Source: Patescibacteria group bacterium (lineage in GTDB: Bacteria > Patescibacteriota > UBA1384 > XYA2-FULL-43-10). Taken from it: a stretch of DNA of 32,000 nucleotides. This document shows positions 23,828-32,000 of the stretch, piece after piece (positions within the stretch are counted from its first letter, which is position 1; the number at the start of each line of letters is the position of its first letter). The stretch is from the NCBI GenBank assembly GCA_041674405.1, contig JBAYVT010000004.1, positions 90,001-122,000 on the forward strand, in the 5' to 3' direction. The position numbers were made by a program, and so were the translations under genes. The notes under the pieces are model-generated. The model worked only from the letters and a program-made list of their open reading frames with translations. It was not told where the DNA came from and ran no database searches.

Positions 23828-26045
23828 AGAAAAATTTGAAATAAATGAATGAACCAGCGGCAATTAATATGCTGCAAATTGCTAAAATGCTGAATACTTT
23901 CTGTGCCGAATATTCAATTGTCATTGTATAATCCCCCTGTTCGCGAACATACCAGCCATTGGCATAACCATTTGCAAGGTAATGTTGGCCTTCATCAATT
24001 TTCTGGGTTTTTCCATTTTTATTGATCGTGACTTTCCAATTTTTATTATAACTTGCAAGGAAGGTCAGTATATAAGGCGAATTTGCGTTCTTAACTTGAA
24101 CGGAATATTTAGTAGGGCTAATTTTTGAAAAGATTGTTTCGGGCGATTTTCCAGAAATATTTAAATCTGCAAGCGAAGACGGCATATTAAAATCTTTGGC
24201 TTCTGGCGTGAAAAATATTACAGGTTGTTTTGTAAAATCAATATTACCCAAGTAACCATCAAGGCTCTCGGTTTGCCCGCCTTGGCGATCGATATTAATA
24301 TCACTCATATGAATGTCAGTAGTAGTGTAGATTTGAGGTAGGTTTGTGCCTGACTTATAAAAATCCAATCCTCCGATTTTTCTTTCCAGCCCAATATTTT
24401 CTTGGGTGGACAGGTTTTTTTCAATTGTTTCTTTTGAATTGATTGTGCGGAGAAACGACTCAGAATCACCGCGCACCATGAGTGTATCTACGCCCATAAG
24501 AGCAAGGATGCGATCGAGATGGACACCAAGACCGGCGTGATTAATTTCGTCATAAGCGATCGTCATCATATCAACAGAATGAGAAAAGGCCAGCCTGTTT
24601 TCAGGATAATCTCGCACAATAGGTTTGTTAAATAAATAACGGGTGAAATCAGGCATATCATAATATGCCCAAGTGAATTTTGACAGCCATTCTTCCTGGG
24701 GTAATATTAATATTCTGCCTTCTCCCTGATTTTTGAGCCAATCGGCGGCTTCATAATATTCCTGAGGAATTGTTACTGGTTTAATGCTTTGTTTCATATC
24801 TCCTGTGATCATCGGATATTCGCCAATGAAAACCAATGCCAACATTAAGGAGACAAAGATTATTTTTGCATAAGATTTCTTAAAAAATGCAAGAATTTCG
24901 TCCGCGGCAAAGGAAAAAAGAACGCAGTAAGAAAAAATAGTCCAGATAGCAAACCTATATGGGTTTCTGAACATTTGCAGAATGGGAATCTTCATCATAA
25001 AAAACTGGATAGGCTTACCAAAAACACTATTGCGCCCAGCAGCAAGAACGAAAGAGACAATCAGCAGGATAAGTAAAAACCAAATCATTTTTTTGCGTTC
25101 TGGGCTGGTATTTCTTCCGATAATTCTTATGATTGAATAAATCAAAGTGATCGAAACTAAAATTGCGATTGCACAGAGGGGCCCGGAGGTTGGTGCCGGA
25201 ACACCCCTAACTAACAAGAGGTTAATCGGAGTTGCTGCTTGGGATATTAGCTTCCAAGTAAATAACCATAGGCGATTAATGTCCCCGATTTGCGAGCTTC
25301 CGCCCAGTCCAAGAACTGCCGGAACAAGCCACCAGATATTTAAAACAACCACATAAACAATTGAAAGAATCGTAAATTTGGCAACATTCTTGCGGTTTTT
25401 GCCCGTTGCTATCTCGTACAGTAACCAGAAATACAAAGGCAGCATATGCACCACAAATGAAGGCATGTTGGTAATTGCCATAAAAACGCTGACTATCCCA
25501 ATATACAAAGCGTAAATGGGCTTTTTGTTCTCCACGCCCAATTTTCCCAGTAGAAATACGAGTGGAATGAAAGCATAAGAAAAAATTGCTATATGCTCTC
25601 CCTGAGAGACATAGAGCCCCATAATCGGGTTAAAAATATAAAACAACCCAGCCAATAATGATGCGAAATGATGTTTGCCGCGCAAGATATTTCTTGTAAG
25701 AAGGTACATCGAAAGCCCAGCTAAAAATATTCCGGCAACATACCAAATTCTCTCAATCGCACCGATTGATAAACCAAGAGTATTAAGGCTGGCTAGGATT
25801 CCATAAAAAGGAATTTGGGACAAAAATGCAGATGAGATATCGTAACCCATCGTTACTTTGTCGTACCATACGGATAGGGAAGAGTGCAGGTTTGAGAGAG
25901 GGGCCAAGGGAAAATCCGCATCGGTTCCGTCAATAATTCCCAAGATCCCTGTCTTCCAAATGGGTAAGATTGCAGAAAACAAAAGAATCGGCAGATCGAT
26001 GAGCAAAGGGTTTATGCGCGTAAACCAATTTTTGAGTCTATTCAT
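23811..26045 (-). CDS. Large polytopic GT-C-like membrane protein (paralog 2 of 3)
   Basis: 744 aa. First loop 'IIDGTDADFP', many TM spans, and C-terminus 'NKNWKVT...NGYANGWYV...TIEYSAQ' plus a final TM anchor. Confidence 0.75.
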   Translation of the reverse strand: MNRLKNWFTRINPLLIDLPILLFSAILPIWKTGILGIIDGTDADFPLAPLSNLHSSLSVWYDKVTMGYDISSAFLSQIPFYGILASLNTLGLSIGAIERIWYVAGIFLAGLSMYLLTRNILRGKHHFASLLAGLFYIFNPIMGLYVSQGEHIAIFSYAFIPLVFLLGKLGVENKKPIYALYIGIVSVFMAITNMPSFVVHMLPLYFWLLYEIATGKNRKNVAKFTILSIVYVVVLNIWWLVPAVLGLGGSSQIGDINRLWLFTWKLISQAATPINLLLVRGVPAPTSGPLCAIAILVSITLIYSIIRIIGRNTSPERKKMIWFLLILLIVSFVLAAGRNSVFGKPIQFFMMKIPILQMFRNPYRFAIWTIFSYCVLFSFAADEILAFFKKSYAKIIFVSLMLALVFIGEYPMITGDMKQSIKPVTIPQEYYEAADWLKNQGEGRILILPQEEWLSKFTWAYYDMPDFTRYLFNKPIVRDYPENRLAFSHSVDMMTIAYDEINHAGLGVHLDRILALMGVDTLMVRGDSESFLRTINSKETIEKNLSTQENIGLERKIGGLDFYKSGTNLPQIYTTTDIHMSDINIDRQGGQTESLDGYLGNIDFTKQPVIFFTPEAKDFNMPSSLADLNISGKSPETIFSKISPTKYSVQVKNANSPYILTFLASYNKNWKVTINKNGKTQKIDEGQHYLANGYANGWYVREQGDYTMTIEYSAQKVFSILAICSILIAAGSFIYFKFFYEKTR

Positions 26046-26126
26046 AAATATAAAGCTTAGGTTACTTTAGAAAAATACCAGAAGCACTTCTAAAAAGCAA
26101 TTGCAGGTCAGCAGCATCTTAAGCTG

Positions 26127-26135
26127 TGATATAAT
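26127..26135 (+). promoter_or_regulatory. Extended -10 promoter element TGaTATAAT, 10 nt before the acyltransferase ATG
   Basis: tgatataat read directly. There is no SD between it and the ATG at 26146, which implies a leaderless or near-leaderless mRNA. Confidence 0.3.
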
Positions 26136-26145
26136 TTTTTAAGCC

Positions 26146-27258
26146 ATGAAAAAAAATTGGATCAAAGAGATAGACTATTTAAGAGCTGTCGCCATACTAG
26201 CTGTAATTTTAATTCATGCAACAGACCCCTGGGATTCTATTACTCCACTTACGTCTGTCGGTATCATTGCCCTGACACTAAATGAACTATCAATTTTTGG
26301 GGTTTCCTTCTTCTTTGTAATAAGCGGCATGGTTTTATTCCGGAGCATGCAAAAAAAAGATGCGATCATTCCATTCTACCTGCGGCGCATCCAGTCAATT
26401 CTGATTCCATATCTTTTTTTCACGATAATTTATGAGATTTTCAAAAAATTCTATTTAGGCATACCCTTGTCGCAGGCCACAGTTTTTCATGATTTGTATA
26501 CGGGCCAAGGTTATTTCCATTTCTGGTTCCTTGTCGTGCTATTTTATTATTATCTAATTTATCCTTTTCTTTACCGAATTTTTATAAAGTTTAAGCAGTT
26601 AAACCCCTTTTTAAACGGGATTGTCTTTATTGTTTTTCTGGTTCTTCCTTTTTTGTGGCAAATAACATCAAGTAAATTTGGATTAGCAAAGATCGATGGA
26701 CAAGTTAGAATCACTGAGTTTTTCCGCTATTTACCATTTCTGTATGGCGGTATCGCGATCTCAGCAAATTATGAAAGAATAAAACAAAATTTGCACCTTA
26801 CAAAAACTTTAATATTGGCATCAGTTTCTTTGGTTGCCATTTTTACATTGATATTTTCAATCTATCTTGCGGTGAATCACCCTGGAATTTTTGTTCATAT
26901 TCAGGGTATCTATCACTATTACAGCCTCATATTTCTCCCATTTTATGTGTTTCCTTTATTTTTTATTCTTATTAAATTTTTTTCTTCAGTAAATATAAAT
27001 CAATCCGTTTTGAATCTACTTAAAAAGATCGGTGATTATTCTTTGGGTATATATTTGATTCACATAATGTATAATATTCTTATATTTGGTGAGCTGATAT
27101 ACAAATATCTCAATCTGACATGGAATAATATCCTGGCTTATATTTTACTTTTTATCGGTTCCTCTTTAGCGAGCATTTTAACCATCTGGATAATCTCTAA
27201 AATACCGTATTCCGGATGGATATTAGGAAATAGGGTACGTAATGCAAAAACAATCTAG
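26146..27258 (+). CDS. Acyltransferase family 3 (OafA/YrhL-like) membrane O-acyltransferase
   Basis: 370 aa with about 10 TM spans. The N-terminal 'IDYLRAVAILAVILIHA' and 'FFFVISG' are hallmarks of acyltransferase_3. Confidence 0.85.
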   Translation: MKKNWIKEIDYLRAVAILAVILIHATDPWDSITPLTSVGIIALTLNELSIFGVSFFFVISGMVLFRSMQKKDAIIPFYLRRIQSILIPYLFFTIIYEIFKKFYLGIPLSQATVFHDLYTGQGYFHFWFLVVLFYYYLIYPFLYRIFIKFKQLNPFLNGIVFIVFLVLPFLWQITSSKFGLAKIDGQVRITEFFRYLPFLYGGIAISANYERIKQNLHLTKTLILASVSLVAIFTLIFSIYLAVNHPGIFVHIQGIYHYYSLIFLPFYVFPLFFILIKFFSSVNINQSVLNLLKKIGDYSLGIYLIHIMYNILIFGELIYKYLNLTWNNILAYILLFIGSSLASILTIWIISKIPYSGWILGNRVRNAKTI

Positions 27259-29416
27259 AGTACGAATAATGCTTCTGCCGCTTTCTGTGCTTGCTTTTAT
27301 GTTGCTGCTTTTTTGGCCGTACCGACATGGTATTGGCAACTATTGGGATTGGACTGTCCCATATTTCAATTTGAATTTTTGGGATGCTATTCTTGGCAAG
27401 CTGTTGATATGGCAAGGCATTACATTTGGCCAGTCGCTGCCATACAATTCTGGCATGTATTGGCAACTTGTACTGAGCGCAATATATTCAATACGGATTC
27501 CGACCGAATATCTTGTCTACCTCGGCCTTTCGTTTTTTGGTTTTTTTACGATCTGGATCGTTTGGAAGACATGCAAACCCAAGAAGGAAAAGATCAATTT
27601 TCTCTATTTGCTCATCGCAATGGCCTCATTCCTTAATCCGGCCATTTACTACAAGCTATTGGCCGGCCATATGAACTATTATTTTTCTTTTCTTTTGTTT
27701 GTTGTTTTAATTTACTATCTTCTTAAAAAATTTAAACCGACATTAAAACATTATCTTGTGTTGGCAATTATTCTGGCATTTGTCGGAGCCCAGATTCAAT
27801 TCTTTCTTTTTGCCATTCTGGCCCTGCTGGTTTATTTTATTGTTTATCGCGAGAGATTCCGTTGGAAGTTCGCCATATGGACTGCTGTGATTGCTTTTTT
27901 CATAAACTTGCCATGGATGGTGAATATTTTTTTTGGCGTGAATAATGTAAGCCAAATTTCCGGTATCGCTGGGAGTGAATCTTTTTCTGCAGCAATGTTT
28001 ACGAACCCTGCTAGAATTTTTGCGATGGTTTTTGCCCCCGCCACAAACATTCAATACGCTTTCCCCAAAATTGCATTTGGTTTTTTTGCCGTATTTAGTT
28101 TGGTTTTAGTATCATCAATTATTATTTTCTTCGCAAAAAGAAAATATGTTGGCCAAAGGGGGAAAGACGCGATTTTCATCATCATTCTTTGGGCAATTTT
28201 TGTTTTTCTCTGTACTGGATTATTTAACTATTTGAAAATTCCATACGTGCAGGATTTGTATCCGCTTTTACGCGAGTCTGGCCATTTTGCCCCACTCATT
28301 CTTCTAACCGGTTTGCTTGCCTTGGCGTTTATTTGGGATGAATTGAGGCCTGCTAAATTGATAAAAAGCTTGCTTATTGTGTATATGGCGCTGTTTATTA
28401 TTATTAATTTTTATACTTTTTATCGCTATCTTCCAAAGGTCAATTATGCCTTGGCGCGTGAGAGTTTTTCCCAAACCAAAACTTATCTGGATGATGAGGT
28501 TGGCGCATTTAACGTTGCTGAATACCCATTTTGGAATCAGTACGGATTTGTGGGCCAAGAAATTGATGTTGTGCAAGAAAAACAGATCAACCAGAGCGGC
28601 TGGGATAGTTTTATCCTCTATTCCGGGCAAGATTTCTTGTCGAATTATCATGATGGTGGAAAAAATATCAATGATTCTTTTCAATACGCCATTTTAAAAA
28701 ATAATGCCCTGGAGAAACTTCGAAGCCATAATATTAAATATCTTCTTGATTTTTCCTCCATTTATAAGAGCAATTATGGTTTTTATACCTCGCCTGATAG
28801 ATATGAGAGCAACCCAAGCTTACTCAATAATCCCAATTTTGTTCCCTCGCTTCTGGCTGAAAACCAGCAGGAAATTAATAAAGTTTCGGAAAACGTTTAT
28901 GAAATCAAAAATAGTCTTCCTAGAATTTATGGCGACGGGGTAACATTCAAACGTGTCAACTCCACAGAATACAAAATTCAAATCAAAAATCTCAAAGATT
29001 CAACACCCCTGTATTTTTTGGATAATTACAATAATGGATGGAAGATATATTTAAGTGAAAGCAAAGGTTCTCTTTGTTCAAATCCAACTAATTTTTCCGC
29101 CCAGAAAACGAGTGAATGCCAGTCAAAAGATCAAATTGATTTAACTGCCCTCGGTTACCTTCGATCGCCTTCGTTTGCAAACAGCACGCACAAAATGATT
29201 TCCGGATATGCAAATAGTTGGAATTTCAGCATCTCTGAATTGAAAAATAATCCCGATTATAAAAAATATGCCACAGAAAATTCTGATGGCACTATCGATC
29301 TAACACTTACTTTGTTGTTTTTGCCACAGGTTTACTACTATGTTGGAATGGCCGTAAGCCTAATGGCAATTCTAGCCGTGGTTTTTATGGTAGTTTTTCT
29401 CAAGCCCCAGGATTAG
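27242..29416 (+). CDS. Large polytopic GT-C-like membrane protein (paralog 3 of 3)
   Basis: 724 aa. First loop 'GNYWDWTVP', many TM spans, and C-terminus 'NNGWKIY...SGYANSWNF' plus a final TM anchor. It overlaps the acyltransferase gene by 17 nt. Confidence 0.75.
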   Translation: MQKQSRVRIMLLPLSVLAFMLLLFWPYRHGIGNYWDWTVPYFNLNFWDAILGKLLIWQGITFGQSLPYNSGMYWQLVLSAIYSIRIPTEYLVYLGLSFFGFFTIWIVWKTCKPKKEKINFLYLLIAMASFLNPAIYYKLLAGHMNYYFSFLLFVVLIYYLLKKFKPTLKHYLVLAIILAFVGAQIQFFLFAILALLVYFIVYRERFRWKFAIWTAVIAFFINLPWMVNIFFGVNNVSQISGIAGSESFSAAMFTNPARIFAMVFAPATNIQYAFPKIAFGFFAVFSLVLVSSIIIFFAKRKYVGQRGKDAIFIIILWAIFVFLCTGLFNYLKIPYVQDLYPLLRESGHFAPLILLTGLLALAFIWDELRPAKLIKSLLIVYMALFIIINFYTFYRYLPKVNYALARESFSQTKTYLDDEVGAFNVAEYPFWNQYGFVGQEIDVVQEKQINQSGWDSFILYSGQDFLSNYHDGGKNINDSFQYAILKNNALEKLRSHNIKYLLDFSSIYKSNYGFYTSPDRYESNPSLLNNPNFVPSLLAENQQEINKVSENVYEIKNSLPRIYGDGVTFKRVNSTEYKIQIKNLKDSTPLYFLDNYNNGWKIYLSESKGSLCSNPTNFSAQKTSECQSKDQIDLTALGYLRSPSFANSTHKMISGYANSWNFSISELKNNPDYKKYATENSDGTIDLTLTLLFLPQVYYYVGMAVSLMAILAVVFMVVFLKPQD

Positions 29417-30650
29417 TAGCTTTGGCGATGGAATTTAGTGTTTTTGGATAGATATAGAATTTTGTCTTGGCTTTGTTCTTTTTGCTTGCATAATTTATTG
29501 CGTCATTGATATCGGAGAAGCACTTAAACGGGGTATTTTCAAAAAGTTTCTGGTTGCCCGAAACAAAGACAATATCGTATTTACGAAGATGTTTTAAAAC
29601 CATGTATGTTCTGTGCCCACCCGCTTTGAAGCCCACCTTTTTGATATGGGATAAAAATTCCGCTGGATCCTTGATGGACCTAAGGTCTTTGTAAAACCGA
29701 ATTTCGCCAATTCCGTTCCCGGCACCCTCTGATAGCTCCGCAGCTATAATCAAACAACCGCCGGTTTTTATAATCGGATTTTCAACGTCGAGTAAATAAT
29801 TTATTACCCTAGAGGCCTGATACAGGTTTGAATCCTTGGGAAACCCCAAACCGCAAATGGCCGCATCGGCCACACCATCTACTGATAATATAAAATTCTC
29901 TTTTACAAACTTGATCCCATCCTTGTAAACCTTTTCAAGCTGGCCGGAAAAGCACTTTAGAAGATTTCCCTGGGCATCATTCACCAAATTAATTGAGTAA
30001 TCGATTTTTATTGGTTTGATAATTTCCCAAAGAGTTTGATGAAAAGGATTCGACTCGGTCTCGCAAAGTTTTGTGTTCTCATCTCCAAGAAATTTAAGGC
30101 TATGGGTTGCATTTATTGTCGGTTCTCCGGCGCAACCTATCGCGATTGTTTTTGGGCCGCCGCTAAAGCCGGCATATAGATGAGGCTCAATTACCCCTAT
30201 CGTCATAATAAAATCATGGTTTAACAACAATTTGTTTAAAACAATTGGGACCCCCAAGGATGTAACACCCAGATTTTTGTGTGTTTTTTTGTCTTGTGTA
30301 TGAGAAATAATCCGATATCTCTCTGCAATTTCTTGCCCGAACATCTCGTTTATTTGCTCTTTGTCCTGGGCTTTATGCAGGCCCGTTGCAATCAATATCT
30401 CTACTTCACAACCAGTTTTTTCAAACATCGGCAAAACTGCTTCCAAAATTTCATTAAGATGGGCCTTGCGCGTAATGTCAGGCACTACAATCAGTGCTTT
30501 TTTCCTGCCCTGGATTATATTTTCCAAATCGGTAAAATCGGTTTTTGTATCCGCGATTTTTGATGGGCCCAGAGGCTTGATTATGCCAAGGAGATTTTTG
30601 CCTGAAAGGTTTACAGAAACTTGTTTTTTACCATAAGAAATATAGTGCAT
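29400..30650 (-). CDS. LarA-family (DUF2088) nickel-pincer-cofactor-dependent racemase/epimerase homolog
   Basis: 416 aa. 'VVPDITRKAH', 'LIATGLHKAQ', 'GVIEPHLYAGFSGGPKT', 'INATHS' and 'NLYQASR' align by eye with the LarA motifs DHTRP, ATGFHR, ESHFFAGFSGGRK, ANHS and NIYQAVK. Confidence 0.8.
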   Translation of the reverse strand: MHYISYGKKQVSVNLSGKNLLGIIKPLGPSKIADTKTDFTDLENIIQGRKKALIVVPDITRKAHLNEILEAVLPMFEKTGCEVEILIATGLHKAQDKEQINEMFGQEIAERYRIISHTQDKKTHKNLGVTSLGVPIVLNKLLLNHDFIMTIGVIEPHLYAGFSGGPKTIAIGCAGEPTINATHSLKFLGDENTKLCETESNPFHQTLWEIIKPIKIDYSINLVNDAQGNLLKCFSGQLEKVYKDGIKFVKENFILSVDGVADAAICGLGFPKDSNLYQASRVINYLLDVENPIIKTGGCLIIAAELSEGAGNGIGEIRFYKDLRSIKDPAEFLSHIKKVGFKAGGHRTYMVLKHLRKYDIVFVSGNQKLFENTPFKCFSDINDAINYASKKNKAKTKFYIYPKTLNSIAKATNPGA

Positions 30651-30672
30651 TTATAACTCTAGTGTTAAATAT

Positions 30673-31479
30673 TTACAGGGTTTTGAATAATTTATATGGC
30701 CAACGGATGATGCGCATTATCAGTGTGGCCAGCCTTCCATTGTGTTTATACCAAAAATACGTTTGTGATCTGTAATAATATTTCTTGCGGGCGCTGCTAG
30801 TTTTTATGCTTCTTCCTTCTAAGTGAATAATCTTGGCAGAATTCAAAACTGCGTTTTGGTACCCAACGTCCGAGAGGCGTTTGCAAAGATCATCATCTTC
30901 TAAATACATAAATATGTTTCTGTCGAAACCACCTACGTCCTCAAATTTCTTACGTTCAAGCATCATGGCGGCACCAACTACGATATCAGCAGTAAAGTAC
31001 TCTTTTGAAAAATCAATCTTATGGTCGTTGTAACGGCGGATAGTTACGGAACCGAGATTTTGAAATGATGCAAAAAAGTTTTTTTGAATTATTCCGTCCT
31101 CATGATATAGGAGCGGCGATAGGGCACCAATTTTGGGATGTTTATCTAGAAAAGAAACCATTTTTGATGGAGAGTCATCCGTCAGAAGAGTGTCCGAGTT
31201 CAAAAACCACAGATATTTTCCTTTAGCATCTTTTGCGCCTAAGTTATTCCCCTTACCAAAACCAAGATTGGTTTTTGAAAAAATGACCTTGATTTTTTCA
31301 GGAGGCAGTAATTTGCGGAGTTTTACTGAATCTATCTTTGACTTGTCGCCGGATCCGTTGTCGACAACTATTACCTCGTAATTTAGCCGGACATATTTTG
31401 CAATTGTTCGCAAAGAATCCTGTACCAGATCAGGCGTGTTGTAATTTATCATGACAATTGAGAGTTCCGGCGTTTTCAT
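30673..31479 (-). CDS. GT2 glycosyltransferase (rhamnosyltransferase-like)
   Basis: 'LSIVMINYNT', 'VIVVDNGSGD', 'FLNSDTLL', 'MYLEDDDLCKRL'. Confidence 0.9.
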   Translation of the reverse strand: MKTPELSIVMINYNTPDLVQDSLRTIAKYVRLNYEVIVVDNGSGDKSKIDSVKLRKLLPPEKIKVIFSKTNLGFGKGNNLGAKDAKGKYLWFLNSDTLLTDDSPSKMVSFLDKHPKIGALSPLLYHEDGIIQKNFFASFQNLGSVTIRRYNDHKIDFSKEYFTADIVVGAAMMLERKKFEDVGGFDRNIFMYLEDDDLCKRLSDVGYQNAVLNSAKIIHLEGRSIKTSSARKKYYYRSQTYFWYKHNGRLATLIMRIIRWPYKLFKTL

Positions 31480-31499
31480 AACGTTTGTTGGGGATTCGA

Positions 31500-32000
31500 T
31501 TAGAAAAAACCCATTAATTTATCCATATAACGAAAAGATACCTTGCGTTCGCGCAGAATTTTCTTTCGCTTTTCAATCATTTTTCCATGCTCGCTGATAC
31601 ATGTTTTGACGGCCCAGATATATTCAGTGAAATATCCTTTTACGATTGCTGCTGCTAAAAATCGGAGCTCAGAAAGCAGAATCAGGGGGGAATAAATAAT
31701 TATTCTGCTCAAAGGAAAATTTTTGTACATCACATGCCAGCGGTTTTTATTGATGTATTTAAACACAAACCCAGATTTTTTGCCTGCAGAAGCAGACCCC
31801 ATGTGATAGATTATGGCACCTGGCACAAAGAGGCATTTAAATCCTGCATATTGGGCCCTTAAGCTGATATCAACGTCCTCTAGATACATAAAGAAATCTT
31901 CGTCAAATAAACCGATTTTTTCAAATAGCGCTTTTCTGTATACGGAAGCTCCTGCGCAGGCACCAAAAACATATTTTTCAGAATCAAAGTTTTCGTTGTT
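31500..32000 (-). CDS. GT2 glycosyltransferase, 5'-truncated by the window edge
   Basis: The frame stays open from 31889 up to 32000 ('...FGACAGASVYRKALFEKIGLFDEDFFMYLEDVDISLRAQYAGFKC'). The ATG in the track is therefore internal, and the true start lies beyond the window. Confidence 0.85.
   Translation of the reverse strand, partial: NNENFDSEKYVFGACAGASVYRKALFEKIGLFDEDFFMYLEDVDISLRAQYAGFKCLFVPGAIIYHMGSASAGKKSGFVFKYINKNRWHVMYKNFPLSRIIIYSPLILLSELRFLAAAIVKGYFTEYIWAVKTCISEHGKMIEKRKKILRERKVSFRYMDKLMGFF

Noticed and set aside
26149-26156. A8 run right after the acyltransferase start codon (and similar A/T7-8 runs elsewhere, e.g. around 23185 and 31078), considered as phase-variable homopolymers
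   Set aside because: Runs of this length are expected by composition in about 37% GC DNA and encode ordinary Lys/Phe codons. There is no evidence of length heterogeneity.
1-32000. Search by eye for CRISPR repeats, tRNA/rRNA signatures, transposase/integrase genes, reverse transcriptase/DGR, and known defence-system genes
   Set aside because: None were found. There are no regularly spaced direct repeats and no T-loop GTTCRA motifs outside coding context. Every large ORF is explained by glycan-biosynthesis, transport or housekeeping-type families.

Overview
This is an AT-rich, tightly packed bacterial window. Sampled lines run about 37% GC. Many adjacent genes overlap by 4-17 nt, including convergent gene ends. 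The style suggests a small-genome uncultivated lineage, but taxonomy cannot be established from the sequence alone. I found no rRNA, tRNA, CRISPR array, transposase or integrase.

From about 6.27 kb to the right edge the window is one large cell-surface glycan locus. It contains:
- six GT2 glycosyltransferases (one cut by the window edge) and a Wzx-like flippase;
- a translationally coupled nucleotide-sugar block: glucuronokinase-like GHMP kinase, GalU, UDP-xylose synthase, then Ugd;
- an EamA transporter;
- a + strand tailoring operon: B12-binding radical SAM enzyme, small membrane hydrolase-like protein, DegT aminotransferase, embedded mini-ferredoxin, WbpB-like oxidoreductase, WbpD-like acetyltransferase, GT2, small membrane protein;
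- three paralogous GT-C-like giant membrane proteins around an acyltransferase-3 gene;
- a LarA-family (nickel-pincer racemase/epimerase) homolog as the last gene of a GT2 operon.

The left 6 kb holds an M20 deacylase-like gene, a DedA protein, a membrane PAS protein, and a Phd/YefM-like domain fused to a proline-rich tail.

Three sharply bounded GC-rich single-gene islands sit in the AT-rich background, each with its own GC-rich hairpin. Two encode GNATs and one encodes a TIM-barrel-like protein. They look like horizontally acquired cassettes.

The most interesting candidates:
- the radical-SAM, ferredoxin and amino-sugar module;
- the LarA homolog inside a uronic-acid glycan locus;
- the kinase-GalU-UXS coupling.
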